DNA from: Candidatus Moranbacteria bacterium GW2011_GWC2_40_12
GTDB lineage: Bacteria > Patescibacteriota > Minisyncoccia > Moranbacterales > UBA11712
Direction of reading: 5' to 3'
NCBI GenBank assembly: GCA_000995965.1
Contig: LBYD01000001.1
Coordinates: forward strand, 362,848-426,847
Length of the DNA stretch: 64,000 bases
The notes under the pieces were generated by a model that ran no database searches, was not told the origin of the DNA, and worked only from the letters and a program-made list of their open reading frames with translations. Both the position numbers and the translations under genes were made by a program. Numbering within the stretch: position 1 is the first letter of the stretch; every line of letters begins with the position of its first letter. Shown piece by piece: positions 9,921 through 20,210 of this stretch.

Positions 9921-10256
9921 TCACATTTTTATCTCAACATCCACACCAGCTGGCAAATCCAGATTAGTCAAACTGTCAATCGTTTTCGGCGTAGGATTGA
10001 ATATATCAATCAGTCTTTTGTGGAGCCGCATTTCATACTGGTCTCGGCTGTCCTTGTGCACAAAAGTTGACTTATTCACGGTGTATTTGCGAATTTGGGT
10101 CGGCAAAGGAACAGGACCTGCGATTTCCGCGCCGGTGCGTTCCGCAGTTTCCGCGATCTGACGGGCGCTGCGATCAATCACTTTATGATCGTAGGCTTTT
10201 ATTTTAACCCGAATTCTCGGTTTTGCTTCTTCTTCCGCAGGTTTCTTGGTTGCCAT
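9921..10256 (-). CDS. rpsJ: 30S ribosomal protein S10
   Basis: 111 aa. ...[15 protein letters not shown]... is the S10 signature. Confidence 0.9.
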   Translation of the reverse strand: MATKKPAEEEAKPRIRVKIKAYDHKVIDRSARQIAETAERTGAEIAGPVPLPTQIRKYTVNKSTFVHKDSRDQYEMRLHKRLIDIFNPTPKTIDSLTNLDLPAGVDVEIKM

Positions 10257-10364
10257 CGGAGACTAATTGTAAAAAATATTTAAAACTCTTTCCTAAAATC
10301 CATACGAAGCAAGATTTTTACCTGACGGGGGCTCGAATCCCGTCATTTCTCAAAGCCAAGCTTT

Positions 10365-11582
10365 TTACTTGATGATCTTCGTTACCACTCCCGCTCCGAC
10401 TGTTTTTCCGCCTTCTCGAATGGCAAACCGCATTCCGTCTTCCATGGCAACCGGAGCCATCAATTTCACACCCAGGTTGACCGTGTCGCCCGGCATAACC
10501 ATTTCCGATCCTTCCGGAAGAGTGACATCTCCTGTCACATCAGTAGTCCGGATATAAAATTGCGGTTTGTATCCTTTGAAAAACGGAGTGTGGCGGCCGC
10601 CTTCTTCTTTGGTGAGGATGTATATTTCCCCTTCAAATTCAGTGTGAGGCGTGATTGAACCGGGTTTCGCGAGCACTTGTCCTCTCTCAACATCTTCTTT
10701 CTTGGTTCCGCGCAGAAGTATTCCGGCATTGTCTCCGGCTTGTCCCTTGTCAAGGGTCTTGTTGAACATTTCCACTCCTGTGACAATCGTCTTGGTGGTA
10801 GGGCGGATTCCGACAATTTCAATTTCCTCATTGAGGTTTACAACGCCTCTTTCGATTCTTCCCGTGACGACTGTGCCGCGGCCTTCGATTGAGAAAATGT
10901 CTTCAATCGGCATAAGAAAAGGCTTGTCAACATCGCGAACCGGCTCTGGAATCGAATCATCAAGAGCTTTTATGAGATCGAGGATGGGCTTGGCCGCTTC
11001 ATCGTCCTTGCTTTTTGACTCAAGAGCCTTGAGGGCCGAACCCCGGATAACCGGGATCTTGTCCCCGTCAAATTCATATTTTGTGAGAAGCTCGCGAATT
11101 TCAGCTTCAACCAGGTCCACAAGCTCCGGATCATCCACCATGTCAACCTTATTGAGAAATACGACGATTTGGGGAACGCCGACTTGGCGAGCAAGCAATA
11201 TATGCTCCCTCGTCTGGGGCATGGGACCATCGGTGGCAGAAACAACCAAAATAGCTCCGTCCATTTGGGCGGCGCCGGTGATCATATTTTTTATGTAATC
11301 GGCATGGCCCGGACAGTCAACATGGGCATAGTGCCTTTTTTCAGATTCATATTCGCAATGAGTGGTTGCGATCGTGATGCCGCGCTCCCTTTCTTCCGGA
11401 GCATTGTCAATTTCATCGACAGATTTTTTTGAAGCGGAAAAACCGGCAAGATTCAACACGTGGAGTATCGCTGCCGTAAGGGTAGTTTTTCCATGGTCAA
11501 CGTGTCCGATTGTGCCAACGTTGACGTGAGGTTTGGTTCTTTCAAATACTGCCGCCATTTTTTTCTTTCCGAACTTGCCCAA
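10365..11582 (-). CDS. tuf: elongation factor Tu
   Basis: ...[23 protein letters not shown]... The functional start may be the internal MAAVF at 11558. Confidence 0.95.
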   Translation of the reverse strand: MGKFGKKKMAAVFERTKPHVNVGTIGHVDHGKTTLTAAILHVLNLAGFSASKKSVDEIDNAPEERERGITIATTHCEYESEKRHYAHVDCPGHADYIKNMITGAAQMDGAILVVSATDGPMPQTREHILLARQVGVPQIVVFLNKVDMVDDPELVDLVEAEIRELLTKYEFDGDKIPVIRGSALKALESKSKDDEAAKPILDLIKALDDSIPEPVRDVDKPFLMPIEDIFSIEGRGTVVTGRIERGVVNLNEEIEIVGIRPTTKTIVTGVEMFNKTLDKGQAGDNAGILLRGTKKEDVERGQVLAKPGSITPHTEFEGEIYILTKEEGGRHTPFFKGYKPQFYIRTTDVTGDVTLPEGSEMVMPGDTVNLGVKLMAPVAMEDGMRFAIREGGKTVGAGVVTKIIK

Positions 11583-11699
11583 ATGATAATATCGAATTTG
11601 TGCAAATTCGCTTTGTATTAGCTTTTATTAAGATTTATTATTATAAATGTCTTCTGTTTGAAATTATTATAAATCAAGTTTTATTTTTTGTCAAAACGT

Positions 11700-11969
11700 T
11701 TACCTGATATATTCGATGTCTTCCAGTTTTTCGATTTCGCCCAGGAGCGCTTCTTCCGATTTTTCCTTGTTTTCGCGCCAGAGCGATATATCGGAATTTA
11801 TCTTATCAACAAGCTCTTTTTCTGTCAATGCCCGAAGCTCTTTTCGGCTCATAACCGCTTCCTTATATTCTTCGAAATTCATCACGATGTATGCCGGTTT
11901 TCCGTTTTCGACGATGATATATCTTCCGCCGACCGCATCCAGTATTTCTTTGAGCTCTTTCGTAATCAT
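11700..11969 (-). CDS. small ORF with Phd/YefM-antitoxin-like N-terminal motif, inserted between fusA and tuf
   Basis: 89 aa. ...[25 protein letters not shown]... resembles the Phd/YefM beta-strand plus EEYE motif. Its start overlaps the fusA stop by 4 nt, and no toxin partner is adjacent. Confidence 0.5.
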   Translation of the reverse strand: MITKELKEILDAVGGRYIIVENGKPAYIVMNFEEYKEAVMSRKELRALTEKELVDKINSDISLWRENKEKSEEALLGEIEKLEDIEYIR

Positions 11970-14053
11970 TTTTTTTCTCCGCTCTTTATTTCTTCTGCGA
12001 TATTTTTCGGCACTTCTTCATAATAGTCAAACTCCATGTTATAATTTGCCCTTCCCTGGCTCATCGAGCGAAGCTGGGTGGCATACCCGAACATTGAAGC
12101 CAGAGGAGCAATCGACTTGATCACTTTCACCCGCGCGTTTCCTTCGCCCCGGTCTTCAATTTCCTGGATTTGACCGCGTTTCGCGTTGATATCCCCAACC
12201 ACATCCCCCATAAACTGCTCGGGCGTGACTACTTCCACTTTCATAATCGGTTCAAGAATGATCGGATCAGCCCGCCTTACTCCTTCCTGAAGCGCCATGG
12301 AACCGGCAATTTTAAACGCCGCCTCCGACGAATCAACATCGTGATATGATCCGTCATAAACCGTCACTTTTATGTCCACCAGCGGATAACCGGCAATAAC
12401 CCCCCGGTCCAAAGCTTCCTTGACACCCTTTTGTATCGCCGGAATATACTCTTGCGGAATAATTCCTCCCTTGATTTCATCCAGAAATTCAAAACCTTTA
12501 CCTTTTTCGTTCGGTTCAACTTTCAGCCAGCAATGGCCGTATTGCCCTCGACCTCCCGATTGACGGATATATTTTCCTTCCGCTTCAGCCGATTTTTTGA
12601 TCGTTTCTCTGTATGCAACCTGCGGACGACCGACATTTCCTTCCACTTTGAATTCGCGCTTCATCCGATCGACGATAATATCAAGATGCAGCTCCCCCAT
12701 TCCGGAAATGATGGTTTGTCCGGTTTCTTCATCTGACCGAACGCGAAAAGTCGGATCTTCCGCGGAGAGCTTTTTGAGGGCGATTCCCATTTTCTCCTGA
12801 TCAGCTTTGGTTTTCGGCTCAATGGCAATCGAAATAACCGGCTCCGGAAAAGTAATGGATTCCAAAATGACAGGTTTCTCCGGATCGCAAAGCGTGTCGC
12901 CGGTGGTCGTATATTTCATCCCGACCAGCGCCCCAATCCCGCCGGCATATATTTCCTGCATTTCTTCGCGGTGGTTGGCATGCATCTGAAGAATTCTTCC
13001 CACTCTCTCCTTTTCTCCCTTAGTCGCATTCAGAACGTAAGAGCCGGCTTTGACTGTTCCTGAATATACGCGGAAGAAAGTCAGTTGCCCGACAAAAGGA
13101 TCAGTTGCGATTTTGAAGGCCAGAGCCGAAAAGGAACCTTCGTCAAGAGCCTTAACCTCAATTTCTTTTTCGGTCTTCGGATCAATTCCCTTTGCGGGAG
13201 GAATTTCGATCGGTGAAGGCAGATAATCAACCACTCCGTCCAAAACCGGTTGGACGCCTTTGTTTTTGAGGGCTGAACCGCAATAAGCCGGAAATAATTT
13301 CACGCCGATCACGGCCTTTCGAAGGGCGGCTTTGAGTTCCGGAAATGAAATTTCCTCTCCCGCTAAAAACTTTTCCGTGAGGGCATCGTCCGTTTCGGCA
13401 ATTTTTTCCACCATTTTGTCCCGCCACTTTTTTGCTTCTTCCAGCATTTCGGAGGGAATTTCGTCTTCCCGCACTTTTTCGCCCTTATCTCCTTCGAAAT
13501 ATACGGCTTTCATTTTCATAAGGTCAACTACACCCTTGAAGTCGCTTCTTTGCCCGATAGGAATCTGGACGGCCATCACTCGCGGATTTAGCCGATTTTC
13601 AATTGAATCCAACGAAAAGAAAAAGTCAGCTCCTTCTTTATCCACTTTGTTTATAAAACAGAGCCTTGGCACATTGTATTTGTCAGCCTGGCGCCAAACC
13701 GTTTCTGATTGAGGCTCCACGCCTTCTTTCCCGTCAAAGACGACCACTCCACCGTCAAGAACCCTGAGGCTCCTTTCCACCTCTACGGTGAAATCCACAT
13801 GGCCCGGGGTGTCAATGATGTTTATTTGGCAATCCTGCCAATAACATGTCGTCGCGGCGCTTGTGATCGTGATGCCGCGTTCTTTTTCCTGCTCCATCCA
13901 ATCCATCGTCGCTTCTCCCTCATGGACTTCGCCGATTTTGTGGGAAATTCCCGTATAAAACAAAACGCGCTCGGTGGTCGTTGTCTTGCCGGCGTCGATA
14001 TGCGCGATTATTCCGATGTTTCTATACTTCTCTATAGGATATTTTCTTGCCAT
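11966..14053 (-). CDS. fusA: elongation factor G
   Basis: 695 aa. ...[20 protein letters not shown]... is the EF-G signature. Confidence 0.95.
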   Translation of the reverse strand: MARKYPIEKYRNIGIIAHIDAGKTTTTERVLFYTGISHKIGEVHEGEATMDWMEQEKERGITITSAATTCYWQDCQINIIDTPGHVDFTVEVERSLRVLDGGVVVFDGKEGVEPQSETVWRQADKYNVPRLCFINKVDKEGADFFFSLDSIENRLNPRVMAVQIPIGQRSDFKGVVDLMKMKAVYFEGDKGEKVREDEIPSEMLEEAKKWRDKMVEKIAETDDALTEKFLAGEEISFPELKAALRKAVIGVKLFPAYCGSALKNKGVQPVLDGVVDYLPSPIEIPPAKGIDPKTEKEIEVKALDEGSFSALAFKIATDPFVGQLTFFRVYSGTVKAGSYVLNATKGEKERVGRILQMHANHREEMQEIYAGGIGALVGMKYTTTGDTLCDPEKPVILESITFPEPVISIAIEPKTKADQEKMGIALKKLSAEDPTFRVRSDEETGQTIISGMGELHLDIIVDRMKREFKVEGNVGRPQVAYRETIKKSAEAEGKYIRQSGGRGQYGHCWLKVEPNEKGKGFEFLDEIKGGIIPQEYIPAIQKGVKEALDRGVIAGYPLVDIKVTVYDGSYHDVDSSEAAFKIAGSMALQEGVRRADPIILEPIMKVEVVTPEQFMGDVVGDINAKRGQIQEIEDRGEGNARVKVIKSIAPLASMFGYATQLRSMSQGRANYNMEFDYYEEVPKNIAEEIKSGEKK

Positions 14054-14061
14054 ATATTTAT

Positions 14062-14550
14062 TTATGCGAAATGGGCAAACGCCTTGTTCGCTTCCGCCAT
14101 ACGGTGAGTGTCCTCGCGTTTTTTCATTGCCGCGCCCTGTTTTTGCGAAGCATCGAGAAGTTCGTCAGCCAATTTTTCCGCCATTTTCTTGCCTTTTTTG
14201 GCTCTCACGGCAGTCAGAATCCAACGCATCGCGAGAGTCGCCCTTCTGTCCCCGGCGACTTGGACGGGAACCTGGTAGTTGGCCCCTCCGATCCGGCGGG
14301 ATTTCAGTTCCACAATCGGAGAAACATTTTTCACTGCCTGCTCAAAGATGTTGAGTCCGCCCTTTTTGGTCTTTTCGTGAATAATTTCAAAAGAGTCATG
14401 AATAATTTTTTCGGCAATGCTCCTTTTGCCTCTTTCCATCAGATGCCCAACAAACCTTCCGACAAGAAGGTTTGAATATTCCGAATCGGGCTTCCAATTT
14501 TTGCGGTATACTCTTTTGCGTCTAGGCACGATAGATAATTTAATAATCAA
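14062..14550 (-). CDS. rpsG: 30S ribosomal protein S7
   Basis: The S7 core begins at (V)PRRKRVY..., so a GTG start near 14529 is possible. Confidence 0.85.
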   Translation of the reverse strand: MIIKLSIVPRRKRVYRKNWKPDSEYSNLLVGRFVGHLMERGKRSIAEKIIHDSFEIIHEKTKKGGLNIFEQAVKNVSPIVELKSRRIGGANYQVPVQVAGDRRATLAMRWILTAVRAKKGKKMAEKLADELLDASQKQGAAMKKREDTHRMAEANKAFAHFA

Positions 14551-14555
14551 AAATC

Positions 14556-14672
14556 AAAGCGTAAAATGACAATACAAAGTTCAAAATTAGCAAATGTAAA
14601 GATGATTTTATATTCCAATGCATTTTACATTTTACACTGTCATTTTGCATTTTGAGATTTTCATTTTGCATT
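14556..14672. repeat. family A palindromic repeat, rpsL-rpsG spacer
   Basis: ...aaaatgacaatacaaagttcaaaat...cactgtcattttgcattttgag... is an imperfect long inverted repeat. Confidence 0.6.
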
Positions 14673-14673
14673 T

Positions 14674-15087
14674 CTAGGCCTTGGGCCGTTTCGCTCCGTA
14701 TTTAGATCTTCCTTGCTTCCTGTCTGAAACTCCTGCAGCGTCGAGAACTCCCCGGACAACGTGATATCGCACTCCCGGCAGATCCGGCACTCGTCCCCCG
14801 CGGATCATGACAATCGAGTGTTCCTGCAAATTGTGGCCAATTCCGGGAATATAGGCTGTCACTTCCATGCCGTTGGTGAGGCGCACACGCGCGATTTTCC
14901 GAAGGGCGGAATTCGGTTTTTTGGGAGTGGTCGTCGAAACTTTCACGCAAACGCCGCGTTTGAAGGGGCTCGTGGTATCAACCGGGCGGTTTTGAATCGT
15001 ATTGAAAATCCTCGCCATCGCGGGCGACTTGGTTTTTTTCTTCTGGACCTTTCGGGGCCTTTTTTTGAGTTGGTTGATAGTCGGCAT
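14674..15087 (-). CDS. rpsL: 30S ribosomal protein S12
   Basis: [13 protein letters not shown] is the S12 N-terminus and ...KYGAKRPKA is S12-typical. The track ORF begins 9 codons upstream at 15114. Confidence 0.9.
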   Translation of the reverse strand: MPTINQLKKRPRKVQKKKTKSPAMARIFNTIQNRPVDTTSPFKRGVCVKVSTTTPKKPNSALRKIARVRLTNGMEVTAYIPGIGHNLQEHSIVMIRGGRVPDLPGVRYHVVRGVLDAAGVSDRKQGRSKYGAKRPKA

Positions 15088-15229
15088 ATTTGCTTCGCTA
15101 TAATCAATGGTCAAAAATCAAAATTCTGAATTTTTGTATTCGCTTCACGAAAAAATATTTTATTTTCCGTCAATAAATAAAACCGCTAGTAAGCTAGCAA
15201 AAGAATAGTATATAAAAAACATTTTTCTG

Positions 15230-15658
15230 TCAATTCTTTTTTTGCTTCACCGCGACTTCTTCCAAAACATCAAATCTTTTTTCAAGCTTCGTGAATTCAG
15301 CCTGATCAATTTTCTGATCCAATTTTTTTACTATTTCTTTTCTCATATCGGATATATCCGTCACCACATTGTCAAGCCTAGTTTCAACCCCGTTGAGCCT
15401 GTTTTCAACCCCGTTGAGCCTGTTTTCAACACCATTGAGCCTGTTTTCAACTCCGTCAATACGTCCGCCCAACTTCTGCTCAACTCCGTCAATTCTCGCG
15501 CCCAACCTCGTTTCAACATCAACGAACCCCCGCTGAACCATTTCCGCGAGATTATCAATACGACCATTTAATTTTTTTTCTAGACCCGAAAATCCACGCT
15601 GAATTATTTCAACGGTATTTTCTTGGGTTATTTTCTTTTGTTGATTTTTTTTCTCCAT
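15230..15658 (-). CDS. hypothetical coiled-coil protein with tandem heptad repeats (NRLNGVE x4)
   Basis: 142 aa. The DNA has 3-4 tandem 21-bp repeats at ~15361-15450. Confidence 0.55.
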   Translation of the reverse strand: MEKKNQQKKITQENTVEIIQRGFSGLEKKLNGRIDNLAEMVQRGFVDVETRLGARIDGVEQKLGGRIDGVENRLNGVENRLNGVENRLNGVETRLDNVVTDISDMRKEIVKKLDQKIDQAEFTKLEKRFDVLEEVAVKQKKN

Positions 15659-15691
15659 TATTTTTTATTATAACGACTCGCAAAAAAGCGG

Positions 15692-16321
15692 TCAAATTCC
15701 GACGACTACTTTGAAAAAAGCGTTTTGGATAGAATGAATGATCGTTCCGATAACACCAGAAAAAAGAACTATAAAGGGAATGAGGAAGAAAAATCCGTAC
15801 TGTTCTAGGTACATTTTTGTTTCTTCCCGAATGGGAAAAAAAGCGAAAAGAAGTTTGGAGCCATCCAGGGGAGGGAAAGGAATCAGATTGAAAAAAGCCA
15901 GCATCAGATTGATAAGGATGACATAATAGAAGACGGCGAACGCGAGACTGCTAAAATCCGCTGAAATATTCCCCGTTATAAGGAGAACCTTGAGAAAAAA
16001 TCCAAAAATTAGAGCGATAAAGATATTCGACAGTGGCCCGGCGGCTCCAACAATGGCCGGCCCATATTTTTGATTTCGGAGATTATAAGGATTATATGGC
16101 ACCGGTTTCGCCCAAGCGATGAAAAACGGGGACCGAGTGAAGACAAGGAGAAGCGGCAAAAGCACGGAACCGAAGGGATCGAGATGCTTCAAGGGATTGA
16201 GGGTGAGCCGGTCCGCATATTTTGCGGTTGGATCTCCCTGCCACAAAGCCGCCAGCCCATGCGATACTTCATGGACGACAGCGGACATTATGAGGATTGG
16301 AAGAATTATTATAAATTCCAT
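15692..16321 (-). CDS. site-2 protease family (M50) zinc metalloprotease
   Basis: HEVSHG (HExxH) and NLIPFPPLDGSK motifs, with multiple TM segments. Confidence 0.8.
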   Translation of the reverse strand: MEFIIILPILIMSAVVHEVSHGLAALWQGDPTAKYADRLTLNPLKHLDPFGSVLLPLLLVFTRSPFFIAWAKPVPYNPYNLRNQKYGPAIVGAAGPLSNIFIALIFGFFLKVLLITGNISADFSSLAFAVFYYVILINLMLAFFNLIPFPPLDGSKLLFAFFPIREETKMYLEQYGFFFLIPFIVLFSGVIGTIIHSIQNAFFKVVVGI

Positions 16322-16495
16322 ATATTATATTACCCGGATGTTGCCAAAAATCTTTTCTTATGATATCGTGAACGGGTTAATTAAGCAACAAGCGCTCGCC
16401 AATTGAGAGTGGATGAATTACGAATATGAACGAATCTTTTTAGTAAGTTCGCTCTCATTCGTCAATAATTCGTTCCTTATTCGCGAGTTATTATT

Positions 16496-16669
16496 ATGAG
16501 TAGAGTCTGCCAAGTCTGCGGCCGCGGACCCCGTTCCGCCCAAAGCCGCTCTCATTCCAACATCGCCACAAAAAGAACTATGGCGATCAATCTCCAAACC
16601 AAAAAAACCGGCGGTCGGAATATCAAAATATGCACTAAGTGCCTCAAAACCGCCGCTAAAGAAAAATAG
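16496..16669 (+). CDS. rpmB: 50S ribosomal protein L28
   Basis: 57 aa: MSRVCQVCGRGPRSAQSRSHSNIATKRTMAINLQTKKTGGRNIKICTKCLKTAAKEK. It is absent from the ORF track (<60 aa) and is followed by a terminator hairpin. Confidence 0.8.
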   Translation: MSRVCQVCGRGPRSAQSRSHSNIATKRTMAINLQTKKTGGRNIKICTKCLKTAAKEK

Positions 16670-16695
16670 TCCCGCTAAGCGGGACTATTTTTTTT
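16669..16695 (+). terminator. intrinsic terminator after rpmB
   Basis: gtcccgc-taa-gcgggac hairpin followed by T-run tattttttttt. Confidence 0.7.
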
Positions 16696-16737
16696 CCCAA
16701 CATCAGAAAAGCCTTTTTCCTGACATTAAATGTTTAT

Positions 16738-17244
16738 TTATCGCGCCGGCGATAAATATATAATGTTTCCAGCAGTCAAGACGCTTTCTGAATAAGGAGA
16801 TTTATCAGATATAACGGATATTGCGTCTCCGGTTTTCAAGTCTGAAAACCTCTTGAGAGCAAACATGGTTTCACCGCTTATTTTCACTGTTATCTGTTTG
16901 TTGAATTTCTCAAAATCATTGGCCGATTGATCTTGCGGACTGTTCGCATTCGTCGATTTTTCCGAGTTTTTCGGCTTTGAAAAATCAGCTAGCTCCACGT
17001 CAACAGTCAATTCATTCTCAGAAATTTTTTCAATCGTACCAGTGAACTGCTTGATTATTTCCTCCAGCGGCGGATTTTTTTTCTTGATAGAATCTTGACT
17101 GACCGGTTGCTGAATTGCGCCTGAAGCGCCTCCCGTTCTGGCATTGATGTCTTTTAGCTGGCGAAAAATAATCGCGCCAGAAATCAAAACAACCAAAGCC
17201 AATGCGCAAACAGTAATAATTATTATTTTCTCGAATTTTGTCAT
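16738..17244 (-). CDS. hypothetical membrane-anchored protein
   Basis: 168 aa with an N-terminal TM helix and no recognisable domain. Confidence 0.5.
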   Translation of the reverse strand: MTKFEKIIIITVCALALVVLISGAIIFRQLKDINARTGGASGAIQQPVSQDSIKKKNPPLEEIIKQFTGTIEKISENELTVDVELADFSKPKNSEKSTNANSPQDQSANDFEKFNKQITVKISGETMFALKRFSDLKTGDAISVISDKSPYSESVLTAGNIIYLSPAR

Positions 17245-17297
17245 TTTTTTGTTTTTATATTTTTATAATTTCCCAAAGCAAGCCTCAAGAGACAGTG

Positions 17298-17807
17298 TTA
17301 CGGATAATACAGACAATGCGCCGTATCCGTATAGATCGACTGGATCACAAAGGGACAATTAATGCCGCAATTGCCTGAAACGCAGCTACAAACATAGGTT
17401 GTACTTGTACAACCGCAAATGCCGGAAATAAATGAACAAGAAGGATTGTCCTCGTACGTGGACCCGCACGAATACACCCCGCTGTTGCAATGAGTGGCTG
17501 TTGGAGTTGGAGCTGGAGGAGCTGGAGGAGCAGGAGCTGGTGGAGCAGGGGCTGGGGCTCCAACAACGGCGCTGAGACATTTTGTCGAGTCACCGCCATT
17601 CAAGCAAAAATCTTTGGCGTTGATTTTTCCGCTTGAAGTATCCCCTTTTGTTTGGTCAACTGTGCCCGTATTTATCGGCGCGCCGACGTTGCCGTCGGGA
17701 GGGGTCGCGGTCGGCTCGGTCCAGGCACGGACGAATTGCAGCCCAAAGCCAAGAGCGATGCCGACGACGGCGACTTTGAGCCAGTGGGTGATTTGTTTTT
17801 TGTTCAT
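17298..17807 (-). CDS. secreted Cys-rich protein, paralog family A (TM + VRAWTEP...GNVGAPINT N-module, Pro/Ala linker, Cys-rich C-domain)
   Basis: Probable start MNKKQITHWLKVAVVGIALGFGLQFVRAWTEPTATPPDGNVGAPINT. The same N-module is in the ORF at 46507..47055. Confidence 0.6.
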   Translation of the reverse strand: MNKKQITHWLKVAVVGIALGFGLQFVRAWTEPTATPPDGNVGAPINTGTVDQTKGDTSSGKINAKDFCLNGGDSTKCLSAVVGAPAPAPPAPAPPAPPAPTPTATHCNSGVYSCGSTYEDNPSCSFISGICGCTSTTYVCSCVSGNCGINCPFVIQSIYTDTAHCLYYP

Positions 17808-17940
17808 ATATATAGGGGGGAAAATAATTAATTTTTTTCTCGAAAACCGATTCCGAAAGCTCAACTTTCGGAAGTAGTACAGATCTTCTCGCAAAGGTTA
17901 GACCTCAGCGAAGTTTTTAATCTATCTATCAACCATTTTT

Positions 17941-17965
17941 CTACCAACATTCAATGTTGGTAGAA
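17941..17965. repeat. conserved 21-bp palindrome TACCAACAT-TCA-ATGTTGGTA (copy 1)
   Basis: ctaccaacattcaatgttggtag lies between two co-directional minus-strand genes. Confidence 0.6.
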
Positions 17966-17988
17966 ATGTCAGTTGAGATTAAACTTTC

Positions 17989-19332
17989 TTACGGATTCGT
18001 TTCAATCCAGCCAGGGCCCTTGATGCAGACATTTGTTGGTGGCAAACAATCTTCGCCGCCTGTTGTATCCGTTTCAACCTCTGTGCATCCGTACCGAGAT
18101 GATGACGGTGCCTCAATTACGCAATCGGAATTCGGCTGATCGGTACTTACGCTGATAGAACCGCCAATCGCACTGCACATATTCAAAGCGCATCCAGCAT
18201 CTCCGTCAATTGTCACATGAAATTTGTCAGTATCTCCAGCCGTGATCGTAAAGCTTGAAGGCGCACTGCAAGTGCAAGCAAGATCCTTTTCAACAGTAAC
18301 ATTCGAATCATCAGAGCCACAGCTCGAATCGGAACATTCTCCTTTTATGATGCCGTTTGTATTTGTTTGAAAATTTGTTGCCTGTACTCTTATTAAGCAT
18401 CCTCCACCTACACCAGTTGTGCATTCTGGCGGAGAATCTACTATTGCAATTTTTCCCGAAGGATCAGATATTTCTGAAAATATTATTCTTTTACCAGATA
18501 TAGCTTTATCATTTCCACCTGAGTCTATAAGTTGAGCATAAAGATCACCGGGATTGTTTGAGCTGTTCAAATTGATATCTGTTAATCTAATTCCTAAAAT
18601 CTCTGTGATCTCTGCCCGCGAAAAATCAATCCAGCCAAAGCCATTCGCCATATTTCCTCCAGATCCATCCTCTTCCCCATTCCATCCCTTACCCGAGAAA
18701 TTGCCATCCGAATCAATTATCACTCCATAATTGCATCGATTGTTATTCCCATAATCATTTATTCCTGTACATGATGATCCATTCCAGCTTGACCCGTCAC
18801 CTGCCATCTTTATTTTTCCGCTCCAGCCTCCAGCGTTTAAACCCGCCTGCAAAATAGACACTATTTGCGCAGTTCCTGATAGATGCTTTTCAGATCCTAT
18901 TGCTGTTACAGATACACCGCTAAAGTCTACCCATCCAATATTCTCACCACCCCATCCGTAGCCACTTGCATTTCCACTTTCAGGAAAATTAACTCCGTAA
19001 TCTACTATATTCGAAGAGAAATCAAACGAGGGGTCATTTTTGTCTTTACATGTCTTTCCTGTCGCAGATTCTCTGTCGAGGCAGTTCATACTTATCCAGC
19101 CAAATCCTGTTTCATCCCCATCAATACAGCTTGGATTAGCTGGATAAACCATACAATTTTCAGTTCCACCTAGATTCGCATCTTCACTCCCTCCCCAAAG
19201 CCAGCCAGTAACATTCCCCGCCGCTTGGATTTTCACAATGCTCGCCGCGGCGAAGACCAAAAGAAAAAGAGCCAAAGTCAAAAAAAGCTTTCGCCCTATG
19301 CTAAACGCTCCCCGTTTTTTTGAGATTTTCAT
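17989..19332 (-). CDS. large secreted Gly/Asn-rich repeat protein with recurring G(F/Y)GW(I/V)DFS motifs and Cys-rich C-terminal region
   Basis: 447 aa with a signal peptide. Repeats: GFGWISMNC, GYGWGGENIGWVDFSG, GKGWNGEE, GFGWIDFS. Confidence 0.6.
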   Translation of the reverse strand: MKISKKRGAFSIGRKLFLTLALFLLVFAAASIVKIQAAGNVTGWLWGGSEDANLGGTENCMVYPANPSCIDGDETGFGWISMNCLDRESATGKTCKDKNDPSFDFSSNIVDYGVNFPESGNASGYGWGGENIGWVDFSGVSVTAIGSEKHLSGTAQIVSILQAGLNAGGWSGKIKMAGDGSSWNGSSCTGINDYGNNNRCNYGVIIDSDGNFSGKGWNGEEDGSGGNMANGFGWIDFSRAEITEILGIRLTDINLNSSNNPGDLYAQLIDSGGNDKAISGKRIIFSEISDPSGKIAIVDSPPECTTGVGGGCLIRVQATNFQTNTNGIIKGECSDSSCGSDDSNVTVEKDLACTCSAPSSFTITAGDTDKFHVTIDGDAGCALNMCSAIGGSISVSTDQPNSDCVIEAPSSSRYGCTEVETDTTGGEDCLPPTNVCIKGPGWIETNP

Positions 19333-19424
19333 TTTTTTATATTAGTTTTTACTCCTGTCCAAATTATACAATATCCCCAAAATCAGTGCAACAGCCGTCA
19401 AGGGCTTTTAAAAATCAGAGAAAT

Positions 19425-19560
19425 GGGATAGAATAAAAAATGTAAAATGGAAATCTCAAAATGAAAAATGACATTGTAAAATTCAAAATGCTCATAAAAT
19501 AAAAAATGTGATAAGTTTTACATTTTGAATTATTATTTTTGATTTTTGATTTTTGAATTA
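19425..19560. repeat. family A palindromic repeat (divergent intergenic)
   Basis: aatgtaaaatggaaatctcaaaatgaaaaatgacattgtaaaattcaaaatg...ttttacattttgaatt. Confidence 0.55.
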
Positions 19561-19565
19561 AACCT

Positions 19566-20072
19566 ATGCCGTACAGAAAATTTATAATATCCAGCTGTAT
19601 CATGCTAACCTCGCTGATCGCCAAATCAGCGTTTGCCGTCTGTCCCGTCTGCACGGTCGCTGTCGGCGCCGGATTGGGACTCGCCCAATGGTTTGGAATT
19701 GACGACTCGATATCCGGCCTTTGGATCGGAGCGCTTGTTGTTTCCGTCTCCATCTGGACAATCAATTGGCTGAACGGAAAAAATCTCCGTTTCAAGGGCA
19801 GGAAGATCTTGATTTTTCTCGGATATTACGCAATTGTCATCCTGCCGCTTTGGAAAAAAGGCTTGATCGGCCATCCGTATAACAAGCTTTGTGGAATTGA
19901 TAAGCTGCTCTTTGGAATTATTTTCGGAACTATTTTATTTACCGCGGGAGTCTTGTTTCACAACTATATCCGCAAAAAAAACGGTGATGTTTCTTATTTC
20001 AAGGGGCAAAAGATTGTTTTTGCCGTTGCACCCATTATAATTGCAAGTATAATTCTTTATTTCACTTGCTAG
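19566..20072 (+). CDS. hypothetical multi-pass membrane protein
   Basis: 168 aa with a signal-anchor, a CPVC motif and ~4 TM helices. Confidence 0.5.
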   Translation: MPYRKFIISSCIMLTSLIAKSAFAVCPVCTVAVGAGLGLAQWFGIDDSISGLWIGALVVSVSIWTINWLNGKNLRFKGRKILIFLGYYAIVILPLWKKGLIGHPYNKLCGIDKLLFGIIFGTILFTAGVLFHNYIRKKNGDVSYFKGQKIVFAVAPIIIASIILYFTC

Positions 20073-20210
20073 CTTTACGAATTACGAATCTGTTACGAAT
20101 ATACGAATTCAAAAAATATTCGTAATTGGTATATTCGTAGAGCGAAGCGCCCGCCTGCAACGCATTGCGTAGCAATGCGGGCAGGTATTCGTAATTCGTA
20201 AAAAATTTCC

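Noticed and set aside
19415-19795. 126-aa minus-strand ORF
   Set aside because: It overlaps the repeat region and the start of the plus-strand membrane protein gene. It has low complexity and no start context.
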